From: Octopus bimaculoides
Taxonomy: Eukaryota
Direction: 5' to 3'
Assembly (NCBI RefSeq): GCF_001194135.2
Contig: NC_068986.1
Coordinates: 61,159,321 to 61,199,528, forward strand
Length of the DNA stretch: 40,208 nucleotides
Part shown: positions 23,285-35,213 of the stretch, piece by piece
Numbering within the stretch: position 1 is the stretch's first letter
How the letters are laid out: each line of letters opens with the position of its first letter
Made by a program: the position numbers and the translations under genes
The notes under the pieces: model-generated
Seen by the model: the letters and a program-made list of their open reading frames with translations, nothing else
What the model was told of the DNA's origin: nothing
Database searches by the model: none

Positions 23285-23347
<63 letters not shown>
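23285..23347. repeat. (ACT)n trinucleotide microsatellite, about 21 units
   Basis: Direct run of ACT repeats. Confidence 0.97.
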
Positions 23348-24714
23348 GTTACTACTAGTACTATGCATAGGATCTATTCCACAGGAGAAAACCTGTTTGA
23401 AGGAATAAAGATGGGAACCAATTGAACAGTAAAGATGCTAGGGTTGTGTGAAAATCCCAGCTGTTCTACAGTTAACAAGGAAATTCCTGAGATAAGATGG
23501 AAACAAACATGAAATGAGGAGATACTGGAGAATTCTCCAAACATAAAATAACAGTGGAATATAAGTTTTATTTGGGAAAAATTTTAAGTAAGGAGTACTG
23601 ATCAGAAGAATATAGTGTTAGTAGGTAGTGAAGAGGAAGATGTTGTGGATGTATTTTATGGAGATGGTTTTGTACTATTTTATTAGCCAGCAAGTGGGAC
23701 CAACACTATAACAATGAACCAACAACAAATCCTGTATACAGCTACTGAAATAGTAGCCAAATATTCATCAGGTCACACCCTACTACCTTAAAAAGAAAAA
23801 GGACACATTATATAATGTAGTCCTGGGTAACACAAAAAAAAGATGGTCATGACTTGAGTGCTTTGATACATGTGTAACATGGTGATGAGCCAAGTGGAAG
23901 TGAAAGGAATAGTTTTGGAAGAAATTTACCTAGTGTGTGCAGAGACGTTGGATGTAAAATGGTCAGTGAATGTGGAAATCACTATGTAAACCCCACTACA
24001 CTTAACTATTGTTCCCCAAACATAGGAAGGGCTCTGTTAGGGCTATAGATAACCAAGTCACTCTCCATCTGCTTCTATTGATAGTATATACACAAATATT
24101 ACAGTATGATCTAGTATAACAACATTCACTGTATGAGAAAGGGTGTTTTCCGTTATACATGTTTCAGAAAAATGTTTCCCAATCTGGGGCCATGGCAAAG
24201 TTCAGTGGAGTCACAGGAAAATTTGGAATTAGGGACAGCCACAAGCTTAATGAAGAGGGACACACAACTACCACTCTGTTCCTTCCTTAAACTTTTTAGT
24301 ACTGTAAATTGTGTCACCATTATTATCACTGTTACTATCCTGCCATTCTCCTCCACCCTTCTATCTTCTCCAACTTATACATCATTTGTCATCCATTTTT
24401 CTCTCCATTTACCCTTTAATCCTACTCAATCTTTAAAGTTGTTGCCTACCTCCTATCCTACACTCCTGCAAACTCCTACCCACCCACACTTGTAGTCCTA
24501 CTGTTCCAACACACTTCTACTTGTCTCATCCCTAAAGGAGACACCTGGACTTGCAGACTTCTACAGATCATTCTCACTCTCTCTTCTAAAGGTAGGTAAC
24601 CATGTAGCTCCTCAACAAAAACCAGCTTGCCCTTCCCTCCTCCCATACCATATTCCCTCATCTCCTTGCATAAATGCTGCCCAGTCATTCCCCACTAGGG
24701 ATTTTTATAGTCTT

Positions 24715-24928
24715 GCAAGTTACATGGAAGCCTCACAAGTGTCAATGCCATACAAAAAGCACTCAGTACATATAGTTGGCATTAGGAAGGGCATCCAGCC
24801 ATAAAAACCATGCCAAAGCAGACGCTGGAATATGATGCAGTCCTTGGACCCATTGGATTCTGTCAAACCATCCAACTAAAGCTAGTATGGAACATAGATA
24901 TTAAATGACAATAATAATGAAGATGATG
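24715..24928 (+). mobile_element. Diverged RTE-type 3' tail
   Basis: TTGGCATTAGGAAGGGCATCCAGCCATAAAAACCATGCCAAA...TCAAACCATCCAAC...ATTAAATGAC...GATGATG is homologous to 8585-8733. Confidence 0.75.
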
Positions 24929-25149
24929 TTGGTAACTCTAAAATTTACATAGAAAAATATGCATAGATACACAACAGAAATTAAGATACACATTATCTAT
25001 ATCTATTTTTCATAACAGAAAAAAAAACAGAATTCATTTGACACTTAAATAATAATTTCACTTTGATGTATAAAGTATTAAGTTAGCATTGGAAAGTCTT
25101 GTATGAATTAAATATTGTTATTGTTTTGAAGTTCATACACCCAGTGACA

Positions 25150-25720
25150 ATCTGCATCACTTCATTGAATTTTGGGACAATGTTGTAAAGTTTTTGTATG
25201 GTAGAAATTCTAGCTGTCAAATGTGATATAATCTATTTTTCAGATATGTTTAATAAACTAAATTTACTGAAGAAACAACTGAAAGGTAAAAATACAAATC
25301 TTTTAATTTATAGAGGTCACTAGTGCTTTCCTTGGAAAAGTTCATCTAATCAGGATAGATATTTCCAATCTTTGCCACAACTTGAGGAGGAGCTGCAAGA
25401 GAATGATATTTTTGTATACATTGAGCACTTGAAAAAACTGCACAATGATATAGAAATTAAGTTCAAAGCTCTCCTAGAAATAGACATGGTAAGTGGGGTG
25501 GTAGATGAATTAGGGACAAATGCAGCTGAAGTTGATATCAGGCACAAAAGTTGCAGAGTAAAATGCTCAAGCTAAAGTTAATCACGGGCCCAATAACTAA
25601 TTGACAAGTAGTAAAATTGCAACAAAATTACCATTGCTTTGGCAGGAAGTAACATTCTATTTCATTGCCTTTCCTACCTCTGACCTAGTTGAGTCAGGTT
25701 TTAGCCAAGTACCAGAAAAA
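25150..25720 (+). pseudogene. Charlie/Buster-type (SCAND3/ZBED8-like) hAT transposase C-terminal remnant
   Basis: KCDIIYFSDMFNKLN...QLKG; FQSLPQLEEELQENDIFVYIEHLKKLHNDIEIKFKALL; hATC motif LPLLWQEVTFYFIAFPTSDLVESGFSQV at ~25625-25710. Confidence 0.75.
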
Positions 25721-25864
25721 TAACACATGTTTACAAATGGTTATTTACTGAACCCACAAAATATTTTGGTTTTTGTGAAGTAAAATTAATAGGGAATAAA
25801 TGTGCAACTAATTGACACTGATAGAAAACACCCTATAAAAATATTCTTAAAAACGGTTTTTCAT

Positions 25865-26060
25865 TATTATTTATCTTTTACTAGTTCCGGTCATTAGAGT
25901 GGGGCACTACCTTGAAGAATTTTATCCAAACAAATCAACCCCAGTACTTATTTTTTTCTTTTTTAAGCCTGGGACTTATTCTGTCAATCTATCACTGAAC
26001 TGCTAAGATACAGGGACATAAACACACCAACACTAATTGTCAAGCAGCAGTGGGCAAGAC
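25865..26060 (-). mobile_element. SINE 3' half followed by (CA)n
   Basis: Reverse complement of the SINE at 12381-12600 (cactaccttgaagaatttt...caaccccagtacttattt...aagcctgggacttattct...ctaagatacagggacataaacacacc...ttgtcaagc). Confidence 0.8.
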
Positions 26061-26994
26061 ACACACACACACACACACAGACATCAGGTTTCAAGGGCTT
26101 CTAAGTAGTCCTTCAATCTGTTAGAAATAACAGCCGAATCTTTCTTAAATAATACCCTACTGTGTTAAAATAGGATGGACATTTTAGACAATGTGATCAG
26201 GTTACACACTGCTTGCAAAGAAAAAAAAGATAGAATTGTCACTGGTTGAATATATTTGATAATTGATCTACTCGTGATACGGGGATAAACAATAGCATTA
26301 GGCTTATAAAGACAGTCGTCTTGCCACTTTAAATGAAAAGGAAAATACATTGGGAAATTTGCACATATACATACACATATATACTATGTCTAAATAGACA
26401 AGATAGTCATGCACAGAATGCCATTGGTTGTAATATAAGTTTGCTGGACCAGAGTTAGCCTAAATCTAATCAACAACACCGACAGCAAGCTTCACACCCA
26501 TATAAGTAATACCCCATTGAGTTACTGGGTGCAACACAGAAGCCTTCATTTCAAGCAGGCGTTTCACTGTGTATAGAATACATCATCGAATATGCCTCAA
26601 TTTCACCTGCATGTTAGTCTGGAACAGATACAAGTTTTCAGAGAAAATCACAGAGCAATAAACTTTATACCTCAGGTCACCCATTTGTTGGTGTGAAATA
26701 AGTTATCAGATCTTCACACCAACAACAGCAGCACTTTCTTCTTTCTTTCAAGACAAGCACCTAAAAGTTTCTTGGAATTAAAGTGACATTCACATATCCT
26801 TTTTAGAGTCCCCAAACTTTTGGGAGTGAAAAGTAGAGAAGAGGAGGATAGGTACCTAGTTTTTTGAGAAGGTTGTCTACAACATAAGTAGTAGTCTTTC
26901 ATTATCCATAGAAACAAACACAACACAAAAAAGTTCTCTTATGATCTGATGGGTCTCTCTCTCTCTCTCTCTAAAAAATTTTACATTTTTGTAG

Positions 26995-27045
26995 CCAGAC
27001 ATGACGTCTTATCAACATTAACCAGCTGTAAATCTTTATGTGAAG
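26995..27045 (+). CDS. Candidate 51-bp internal coding exon of an unidentified host gene
   Basis: Acceptor ttttacatttttgtAG| and donor GAAG|GTATAA. Length is divisible by 3. Only one frame is open, with symmetric phase 1: (x)RHDVLSTLTSCKSLCE(x). The peptide is not recognised. Confidence 0.3.
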
Positions 27046-27339
27046 GTATAAAGTAGTAACTTTATACTACTTTGGGCTACATCTGAAGGAAGGATAGAGG
27101 CTACTTTTATTGTTTATTTCTGATACTCTAAATTTTTGTTGTGAGTCTTGGGCTAGTTCGCTTAAGACCAGATACTTCATTCTAGTAATTGACCAATAGT
27201 TCAGAGCATTTTTTTTCTTGTATCAAAGTCATGCACAAACACATACACACAGAGGAATACACATATTTATCTAAATATGTTCATACTCTATTCGTACACA
27301 TATTATATTTGTGTGGAGACAAATAGACATCCCCGCGCG

Positions 27340-27380
<41 letters not shown>

Positions 27381-27436
27381 GAATATGCATATATGTATTT
27401 AGTTAATGAGAATGTTATAAGAAGAAATGTTGCATT

Positions 27437-27931
27437 TACAGCATGACACAAGAAGCCAGCGCCATTTTGTACGAGATCTCACCGGCAGCCATTACCATGT
27501 CCAAGACAAGAGTGAGATCTCACCTACACCCATGTTTGCTATGCGTGAAACCACAGTGAGGCTCTCGTGGGCAACATCTATTTAAGGAAGTGTATTGAGA
27601 AACCATTCTCTTCCCTCGCGTTGGCGTCTACATTGAACAACACTGCAACCTAGCAGCTCACAGCCAGTTCTTAAGTCGCTCTAACTTTACCTGTTATCTT
27701 CAGAGGTAATGTACCTCTCACAAACGGAGCTAACAAACTACACACTAACATACAGATGGTCGCCGGGAGCAAACCCCATGAAATGAGAACCAAATAAACA
27801 ATCATTGAATTGCATCCGCTTGAAAGCCTCTTCTTCTTCTTCGAGTTCCTGAATCCTAAGACTACAAAAAATAATTGTAATGGGAGAAGAAGATATTCCA
27901 CAAGTATCAGGAACCTTCTAGTCCCATTATA
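27437..27931 (+). repeat. 5' LTR of Gypsy C (495 bp)
   Basis: Aligns with 32811-33302 with about 50 substitutions and one 3-bp (TTC) indel by manual count. AATAAA at ~27792-27797. Confidence 0.95.
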
Positions 27932-28645
27932 AAATGGTAACCCTGACCAAGAAAAAGGATTTCGGCAGCCGCAAAACTTTATCATTGTAGATGCCTCACT
28001 TGAACTACAGAATGACAGTTTTCGCTTGCATTCTCAACCAAACAAATCAATGGCTCGACGTCAAGATATCTTCTCTCATTCAAGTGAACCTTTAGAATTC
28101 AGGTTCTTCGCCTTGAACTCGTATCTAGAAGAGTATGCATTTTTTTCTTTCAAGGAAAATACACAGTATTCTTTCAAATAATCTTCTGTTGAAGTAATTT
28201 CTCCCACAATGTCGACCATCAATGTTTGTTACCAATAAATACACCAATTGCACCTATGGAAGAACACTTCAAGCAAGCCGACCATCAACTTCCACCCATC
28301 ATTCCTGTCTACCACAATATTTGGATTGCCTCACGTGGTGAAACACAACATTACCAGTTCGCCCGCCATTTGCTGATGGTTTCTTAAACAACAACAGAAA
28401 AAAATACGAACAAAAAAAAAAAAGAGAAGCACACAAACAATTTTTTTTTTCTTTTTCAGCGGACTGCAAAATAGGTTTGGCAACTAAAAAAATAAATTTT
28501 TTTTCATTGCGGTATACAGTACACAAAAAAAAAAAATCAAAAATTTTGTTAAGTAAATTTATTTTTCACACACACATTACTGTTCCAGCAACACTTTGTT
28601 GGTTTTCTTTGGTCCTTTTCTTTTCCTTCTTCTGTAAAGAAAAAA

Positions 28646-29385
28646 ATGAGTCTTCCCTACTTACCGGCGTACTCTGGTGATGTCACGCTTTGGTCCGTCC
28701 ACTTGGACGCTTATTTTCTGGCCCATGCTACAACAACTAAGTCTATTATACTGTGGGATGCCTTGCTCCTCTTGCACACTCAGTAAGAGATCTTATCACT
28801 GACCCACATCCGGACGCAATTTATGTGTCCGTTAAATCTGAGGTTCTCCGACGGAACACCCAATCTGCCAACAGCAAATTCCAGACGCTGATGCAGGATA
28901 AGCTTCTGGGAGACAGGACACCATCTGAGTTTTTTCCTCGTTTACATGAACTCAGCGACACATCGCCGGAGGACAATTCTCTGCTCTGAAAATTATTTTT
29001 CTCTTGGCTGCCGATGAATGTCCAAGCCATACTAGCCACAGTGGTCAATTCGAGTTCACTCGACCAATTAGCCACCATGGCAGACAAAATTATTGAGTTC
29101 ACTGTACAGCCTACACCTCATCATACCTGTTCAGACACCGTAATAGCTTCCTCTACTACCACTAGATCCACTCCCTCGTCACATGAAGACATTAACAGAT
29201 CACATGGACACATTGTGGTGAGAACACGCCAGCTCTCGTCGTCCTCACAGCAGAAGCCATTCTAAGTCACGGTCAACTAGGTCTACTCCAACGGGTTCCA
29301 ATCTCTGCTGGTACCATGCCACTTTCAAAGGGAATGCTCATCGTTGCATCCAACCATGTTCATTCCAGTTATCGGGAAACTAGTT
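28646..29385 (+). pseudogene. gag of Gypsy C
   Basis: MSLPYLPAYSGDVTLWSVHLDAYF.../VRDLITDP...LGDRTPSEFF.RL...LF.SWLPMNVQAIL...LATMADKI, and C-terminal LCWYHATF...RCIQPCSF...GN. Frameshifts and stops are present. Confidence 0.8.
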
Positions 29386-32300
29386 ACGGAAGATTTGAGC
29401 ACGTCAGACTCTTCCCACAAATTCTCATCTAATCGTGCATTCTTTGTTAAGGATCATGTGTCTAGTAAAACGTTTATGGTTGACACTGGATCCAGCTCTT
29501 CTATTTGGCCTTTGCGTTTTACTTCAGAGAAGCCGAAGCAATCTGCCATCAACCTACACGCGGTGAATCTATCTCCGATGAAAACAGGTCTCATTACACT
29601 TAGATCTCAACCTTCGAAGGGATTTTAGGTGGGGTTTTTTTTATAGCAGATCGACCATATCCCATTCTGGGTGTGGACTTCTTAAACCATTTTCACTTAT
29701 TAGTAGATGTCAGGCGACAGAGACTTGTGGACAATTCTATGTCTTTGTTCACGCCTACTCGCGTTACTACTAATGCTGTTTTCAATCTGTTGTTTTTTTT
29801 GTTGCTACTGCTGGTGACCAGTTCCACTCCCTTTTGGCTTCTTTCCCAGAGCTGGCGGATCCGACTTTTAAATCAGTGAAAGTCACACACTCAACTCACC
29901 ATTATATCACTACTTCTGGACCACCTGTTTTTCGCGTCCACGGCGACTCGCTCCTGATCAGCACAAAAATGCTCATTTTGAGTTTGAACATATGCTTCAA
30001 GTCAGCCTTATTCACCCCTCTATCAGTCCTTGGGCATCTCCTCTACATTTGACAAAGAAAGGGGATTCAGACTTTCGACTGATGGGGGATTACAGACATT
30101 TAAATGCGGTCACTGTTCCCAATCACTATCCTATAAGGAATCACCAGGATCTTTTTCGAACTTGCATGGTTGTACCATCTTTACCAAGGTTGACCTCATC
30201 CGGGCTTATCATCAGATTCCAATGAACCCTGACAACATTCCCACAACTGCCATTGGAAGTTTCGAATTCCTGTTTATGAGCTTCGGTTTGCAGAATGCAA
30301 CAAGTACATTCCAGAGGTTTATCGATGAAGTTGTCCGTGGATTTGATTTTGTGTTCACTTATGTCAATGATTTTCTCATAGCTAGCAACATGTGTGAAAA
30401 TCATCTCCAACACTTATCTCAACTTTTTCAGCATCTTCGCACCTACAATGTGCAAATCAACCCCGATAAGTGTGTTTTCAGGCAGTCCTCTCTGGAATTT
30501 TTGGGGCATTATATCGACTCAAATGGTATCAGACCCCTCTCTTCCAAAGTCGATGCAATTCAATGCATCCCACCTACCACTTCTCTACATCAATTGCATC
30601 ACATTTTGGGAATTGTCAACTCCTATAGATGCTTCATACGTAAATGTGCAGACAAGTTACTTCCATTGACTCAACTACTGAAAGCAAATACAAAAAGAGA
30701 TGCTCCTATCACTCTATCTGCCGAGGCATTATCTTCGTTTGAGTCAATTAAGAAGGAAATAGCTTCTGTTCCCTTGCTTGCACATCCGGCTCCTGATGCT
30801 CATCTCTCTTTAAAAGTCGATGCATCAGATTCTGCGGTTGGTACTGTTTTGCAACATACCATCAACAATCAAACTCGGCCTTTGGCATTTTTTTCTTGTC
30901 AATTAAAACCAGCTGAACATCGTTACATTACGTTTGATCATGAACTCTTAGTGATCTACCAGTCAGTTCACCACTTTCAACATCAACTTGAGGGCCGGGA
31001 TTGTGTAATTTATACTGATCACATTCCCCTGCTCTGTCAGCCAAATTGAACAAACACGCACCTTGTGCTTTTTGTCACCTGGACTACATTTCCCAGTTCA
31101 CGAGTGACATTTGGCATATACCTGGAACAGAGAACGTGCCTGCTAACGCACTCTCTCATCTCCCTGTTTGTTCTCTTTCAACTCCTGCTGCAATCGATTT
31201 AACTGCTATTGCGCAGGATCAGCCAGCTCTGGACACATTGGATCTAATTTCCACCAAGCTGTCCTGTTGCAAGATTGCCTATCTTCCACTTCTGTCTGCT
31301 GAAGGCACAATCCTTTGTGACACATCTACTAGTTCTCAAAGACCGCTTGTACTTGCGACCCACCAGCATTATGTTTTTGACGCCTTGCATTCACTGTCAC
31401 ATCCTGGCATCACTGCCTTGGTGAAGCTTATTACGGCTCGGTTTTTCTGGCCTAATATGAGCCGTATGATCACAGCTTGGGTATGCTCTTGTGTGAAATA
31501 CCAGCGTTCTAAAGTCCACAGGCACATTCACGCTCCTCTTAGACAGTTTTCTCAGTCAGAGACTCGCTTTTACCATGTCCACATTGATTTGGTTGGACCA
31601 TGGCCTGTCAGTTGCGGGTTCTCTTACATATTGACATGCATTGATCGTTTCTCTCGTTGGCCTGAATCCATTCCAATAGTGGATATTTCCGCTGAGTCAG
31701 TTGCTTGAGCTTTCATTTCTAACTGGATTGCTTGCTTTGGTGTCCCAGCTAAAATAACCACTGATCGTGGACGCCAGTTCGAAGCTTCCTTATTTCGTGA
31801 ATTGTCGCGAATCCTAGGCGTTCATCACATTCATACGACCAGCTACCATCTAGTTTCCAACGGGATGGTTGAGCATTTTCACAGGCAACTGAAGGCCGCT
31901 CTATGTGCCACTCTTGATCCACAGTCTTGGACAGAATTCCTGCCTATCGTTCTTCTTGGTTGTAGCACTGCTGTTAAAACAGACTTAGGTTTCTCCTCTG
32001 CTGAACTCCTTTACGGTACCATCCTGGCTCTCCCTGGCACAATGTTGGCACCAGACAGTTCATCACATCCTGATCCAACGTCGTATGTTACCAGACTTTG
32101 CTCGTATTTCTCAAGTCTTCCACCCATGCATCCACGTGACCAGTCCATTCCCTCTCACGTCCCACCAGACATTGGCAAATGGACTCACGTTTTTGTTCAG
32201 GATGATTCTGTCAAGGGACCTCTCGTTTCTCCTTATAAAGGACCATTTTGTGTGCAATCGCGCACACCCAAAACTTTTAGTCTTGACATCAATGGTCGGG

Positions 32301-32554
32301 CAGAGACTGTGTCGGTCGACAGACTTAAAAGGGCACATTTTGAGGTGTCCACACCCTTCGATGACACCCCAACCACGCCAACTTTTGATCCTTTACAACC
32401 ACCTACACATCCACCTGCACATGCACCTTTGATCACATCATCACCTACACCTCCACCTTCGTCGCTACTACATAACACGAACATACCCTATGTCACCAGG
32501 ACAAGCCACACTGTGCATTGGCCCCCAAAACTCACTAGAACTATTTACATCTAA
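29386..32554 (+). pseudogene. pol of Gypsy C (protease, RT, RNase H, integrase)
   Basis: Protease FMVDTGSS (DTG 29482-29490). RT WASPLHL.KK..DFRL.GDYR.LN, FTKVDLIRAYHQIP, FGLQNA..TFQRFID and YVND (decayed YxDD, 30360-30371). RNase H KVDASD.AVG and YTDH.PL. Integrase H..SHPG...[18 protein letters not shown] and [12 protein letters not shown]. Multiple frameshifts and stops. Confidence 0.93.
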
Positions 32555-32810
32555 CTTTTTCTTTTTTCTTCCTGTGACAGACAATTGTTTTCTCGTGTGC
32601 TGAACAATACCAATGCCTTGTCATTGAACTCTGTAAAATAATATTTTGTGCATCATGCTCCTTTTATATTGTTGTGATTATTTTTTCTCAATTTCACATT
32701 TTGTATTATATTTTGTACCACATCTTGTTATTTGTGGCCATCTTTGCTTTCTTGTGCCTGCTCCAGTCATTCTAATTTCGCACTGGCGCTCGGGGGAAGA
32801 GGGGGAGAGC

Positions 32811-33302
32811 TGTAGTGTGACACAAGAAGCCAGCGCCATTTTGTGCAGGATCTCGCCGGCAGCCATTACCATGTCCAAGACAAGAGCAAGATCTCACCTA
32901 CAACCATGTTTGCCATGCGCGAGACCACAGCAAGGCTCTCGTGGGCAACATCTATTTAAGGAAGTGTATTGAGCAACCATTCTCTTCCCTCACATTGGCA
33001 TCTACATTGAACAACACTGCAACCTAGCAGCTCACAGTGGATTCTTAACTCGCTCTAACTTTACCCGTTATCTCCAGAGGGAATGTACCTCTCGCGAACA
33101 GAGCTAACGACCTACGCGCTGACATTCAGATGGTCGCCGGGAGCAAACCACATGAAATGAGAACCAAATAAACAACCACTGAATTGCATCTGCTTATAAG
33201 CCTCTTCTTCTTCGAGTTCCAGAACCCTAAGACTACAAAAAGTAATTGTAATGGGAGAAGGAGACACTCCACAGGTATCAGGAACCTTCTAGTCCCATTA
33301 TA
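32811..33302 (+). repeat. 3' LTR of Gypsy C (492 bp)
   Basis: Begins TGTAG directly after the PPT. About 90% identical to 27437-27931. Confidence 0.95.
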
Positions 33303-33989
33303 CATTAATGAAAATTACAATCAAAGCATAAAAGGGAGAGAACTTTGAAATTTCAGTTGATCAAATATTTAATAAAAAGTACCTAAGAGGTAATTATGTT
33401 GTTAACTCTGAACATATTTAGACCTTAGACCACTTCAATGAAATGTCAACATACAACTACCAAGATCTCATTTGAAGAGCATATGGTTTTAGATGCGAAA
33501 ATAATTCATTGATTAGATAGTTTCAAATGGTGAGCTTGGACAGTTCCCAAGAGTGCCTGCTAGGTCACTCTTCTAGTCATTTGTTGGTAGTTGTATATTG
33601 ACTATGCTTGACTGACACGTTCTAATAAGACTGAAACATACTCAAAGTTAACATCATAACTCCCAAAAATTAAATTCACTCCCCAAACCTACATGTCTTC
33701 ATTTAATTTTAGGTTAATTGAGATTTCTAAGTTTTCCGTCTTGTCTCGGTGAGAGTAATTTTCATTAACACTAATGACTTTGTTTCTCATTATGGTTATA
33801 ATTTTAATTGGTTAAAAATTATTGTCATCTCACCACATTAAGTATCATAACCTGCTTTTAACTATATTTTCTTCATGCAAAAAGCATCCTTAAGAAATTT
33901 ATGCATATTTCAATATGTACATATCTACTCATACATATATAGTACAGATAGTGCCATTAGTGACAGGCATTACTAGTCCCCCTTCAACT

Positions 33990-34255
33990 CCTAATCTCTT
34001 GCTTGATGGCTCCTGGTGCCACACTCAAATGCCCCACTTCAGCTGGCGGGCTAACCCAAGTGAGGAGATGGTGTTAATACTGCACTGGTAGATGAAAGAC
34101 TCTGGGTAAGGCTTCTCAAGGAGTCACCGGCTAGGGTGGAAAAACCTGCTCAGGTCAACGGTCTACTATTCACAACCAAGGCATGTCTCAAGTAGAGGCA
34201 GATGGTTGTGATTAACAGCTAACTTGCCCATGATGCATTCATGATGATGATGACA
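33990..34255 (+). mobile_element. Unclassified retroposon 3' end with (ATG)n tail
   Basis: A relatively GC-rich segment in AT-rich context, ending ...CATGATGCATTCATGATGATGATGAC like RTE-family tails. The family was not identified. Confidence 0.35.
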
Positions 34256-34679
34256 ACCAGAGCAGAACCCATACTAGATCTGCTGGATTGCCCAAGTTAG
34301 CATCAAAGAGTGGATGAGCCTCAATTTTGCTGTTTCACGGAGGGTAGCAGTAGACTGAAAGAGGTGACAAAATTTGGTTACAACATCATCAATGAATACT
34401 CCAACAACCACATGGTCAAGGGATAGGAAGTAGGGAAGGATATATATTTCAATGTAACAGACAAAAAGAAAGGATACATAAACATGTTTAACCCCAACAT
34501 TTGGCCCTTGGATGCCTGTAGCAAAATCCAGTGTTGCAAGCATTTGAGGTAGGTCTGAGAATAACTTCTTGTCACCATTTTTGGAGACCCTAAGGTAATA
34601 GGCCTTGTTCTAGCTTGCTTGAGCAAACCATTAAAAAAAAATGCACACTAACACATATAAGTATGCATGTGCACACACA

Positions 34680-35051
34680 TGTATAAAAAACATTGTATAC
34701 AAATGCATGGTATCAGTTGAGAATTCCAGTTATGTATACATCAGCTCATGCAACACCACCTTCAAAGCCAGAGTGGGCAACCTCTATTCTAGCTTCAAAT
34801 CCCAAGCAAGAACTAACAGCACTTCTTTATCTCAGCTAATTCACAACCTAAAGCAAAACTTAATTCCATATAATTTTAAATGGCTCGTAACTACTCATGC
34901 TAAACCATTAAATGGTTATAAAAACAAATGCAACCTATGCATTGCTGAAGTCTTTTCTATTATGCAATCCATCAATTGTTTGAACGAACAAAATAATTTG
35001 ATTTTTAATTGCCGACTTAGGTTATGCAACACATTCTCAAAGTACAAGTAA
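34680..35051 (+). pseudogene. GIY-YIG endonuclease C-terminal fragment of a second Penelope-like lineage
   Basis: NIVYKCMVS...YVYISSCNTTFKAR...SSF...NSTSLSQLIHNLK...KW...AKPL...CNLCIAE..SI...LNEQNNLIFNCR matches the IVY..YIG..FK.R..H..SF...ST.LS...C.LC..E...LN...CR pattern. Confidence 0.75.
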
Positions 35052-35213
35052 CAGTGTGTGACCCCCACCCTATCCATGTCATTCCCTAACTATTCCTCTG
35101 CACTCCACCTTGCAGCTTTTTAAGTATTTATAACCAACAACTTTTTAACTACCTTTATAATTTTTATATTTTGTATTTTTATAATTTTTATTTTATTTCT
35201 TTATGTTTTTATA

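Larger units (their letters stand above)
27437..33302 (+). mobile_element. Full-length Gypsy LTR retrotransposon C with both LTRs, decayed
   Basis: LTRs at 27437-27931 and 32811-33302. PBS-like TGGTAACCCTGAC at 27935. PPT GGGGGAAGAGGGGGAGAG at 32792-32809. 4-bp TSD CATT at 27433-27436 and 33303-33306. Internal gag-PR-RT-RH-IN order. Confidence 0.93.

Noticed and set aside
23400-24000. Possible very old CR1/L2 endonuclease remnant on the minus strand
   Set aside because: No conserved motif could be read with confidence in any frame.
24133-24688. C/T-rich ORFs (120 aa +; 67 and 70 aa -)
   Set aside because: Compositionally biased with no recognisable domain. Possibly a decayed LINE, but unsupported.
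26430-26900. Possible decayed LINE RT C-terminus (TDSKLHTHI, IEYAS, VEKRRI fragments)
   Set aside because: The motif fragments are scattered over frames and too degenerate to call.
27963-28375. Mostly open frame in the Gypsy C leader, ending PHVVKHNITSSP (faintly like the pre-RT linker)
   Set aside because: Two internal stops, the longest ATG ORF is about 43 aa, and the similarity is too weak to support an extra ORF or a captured pol relic.
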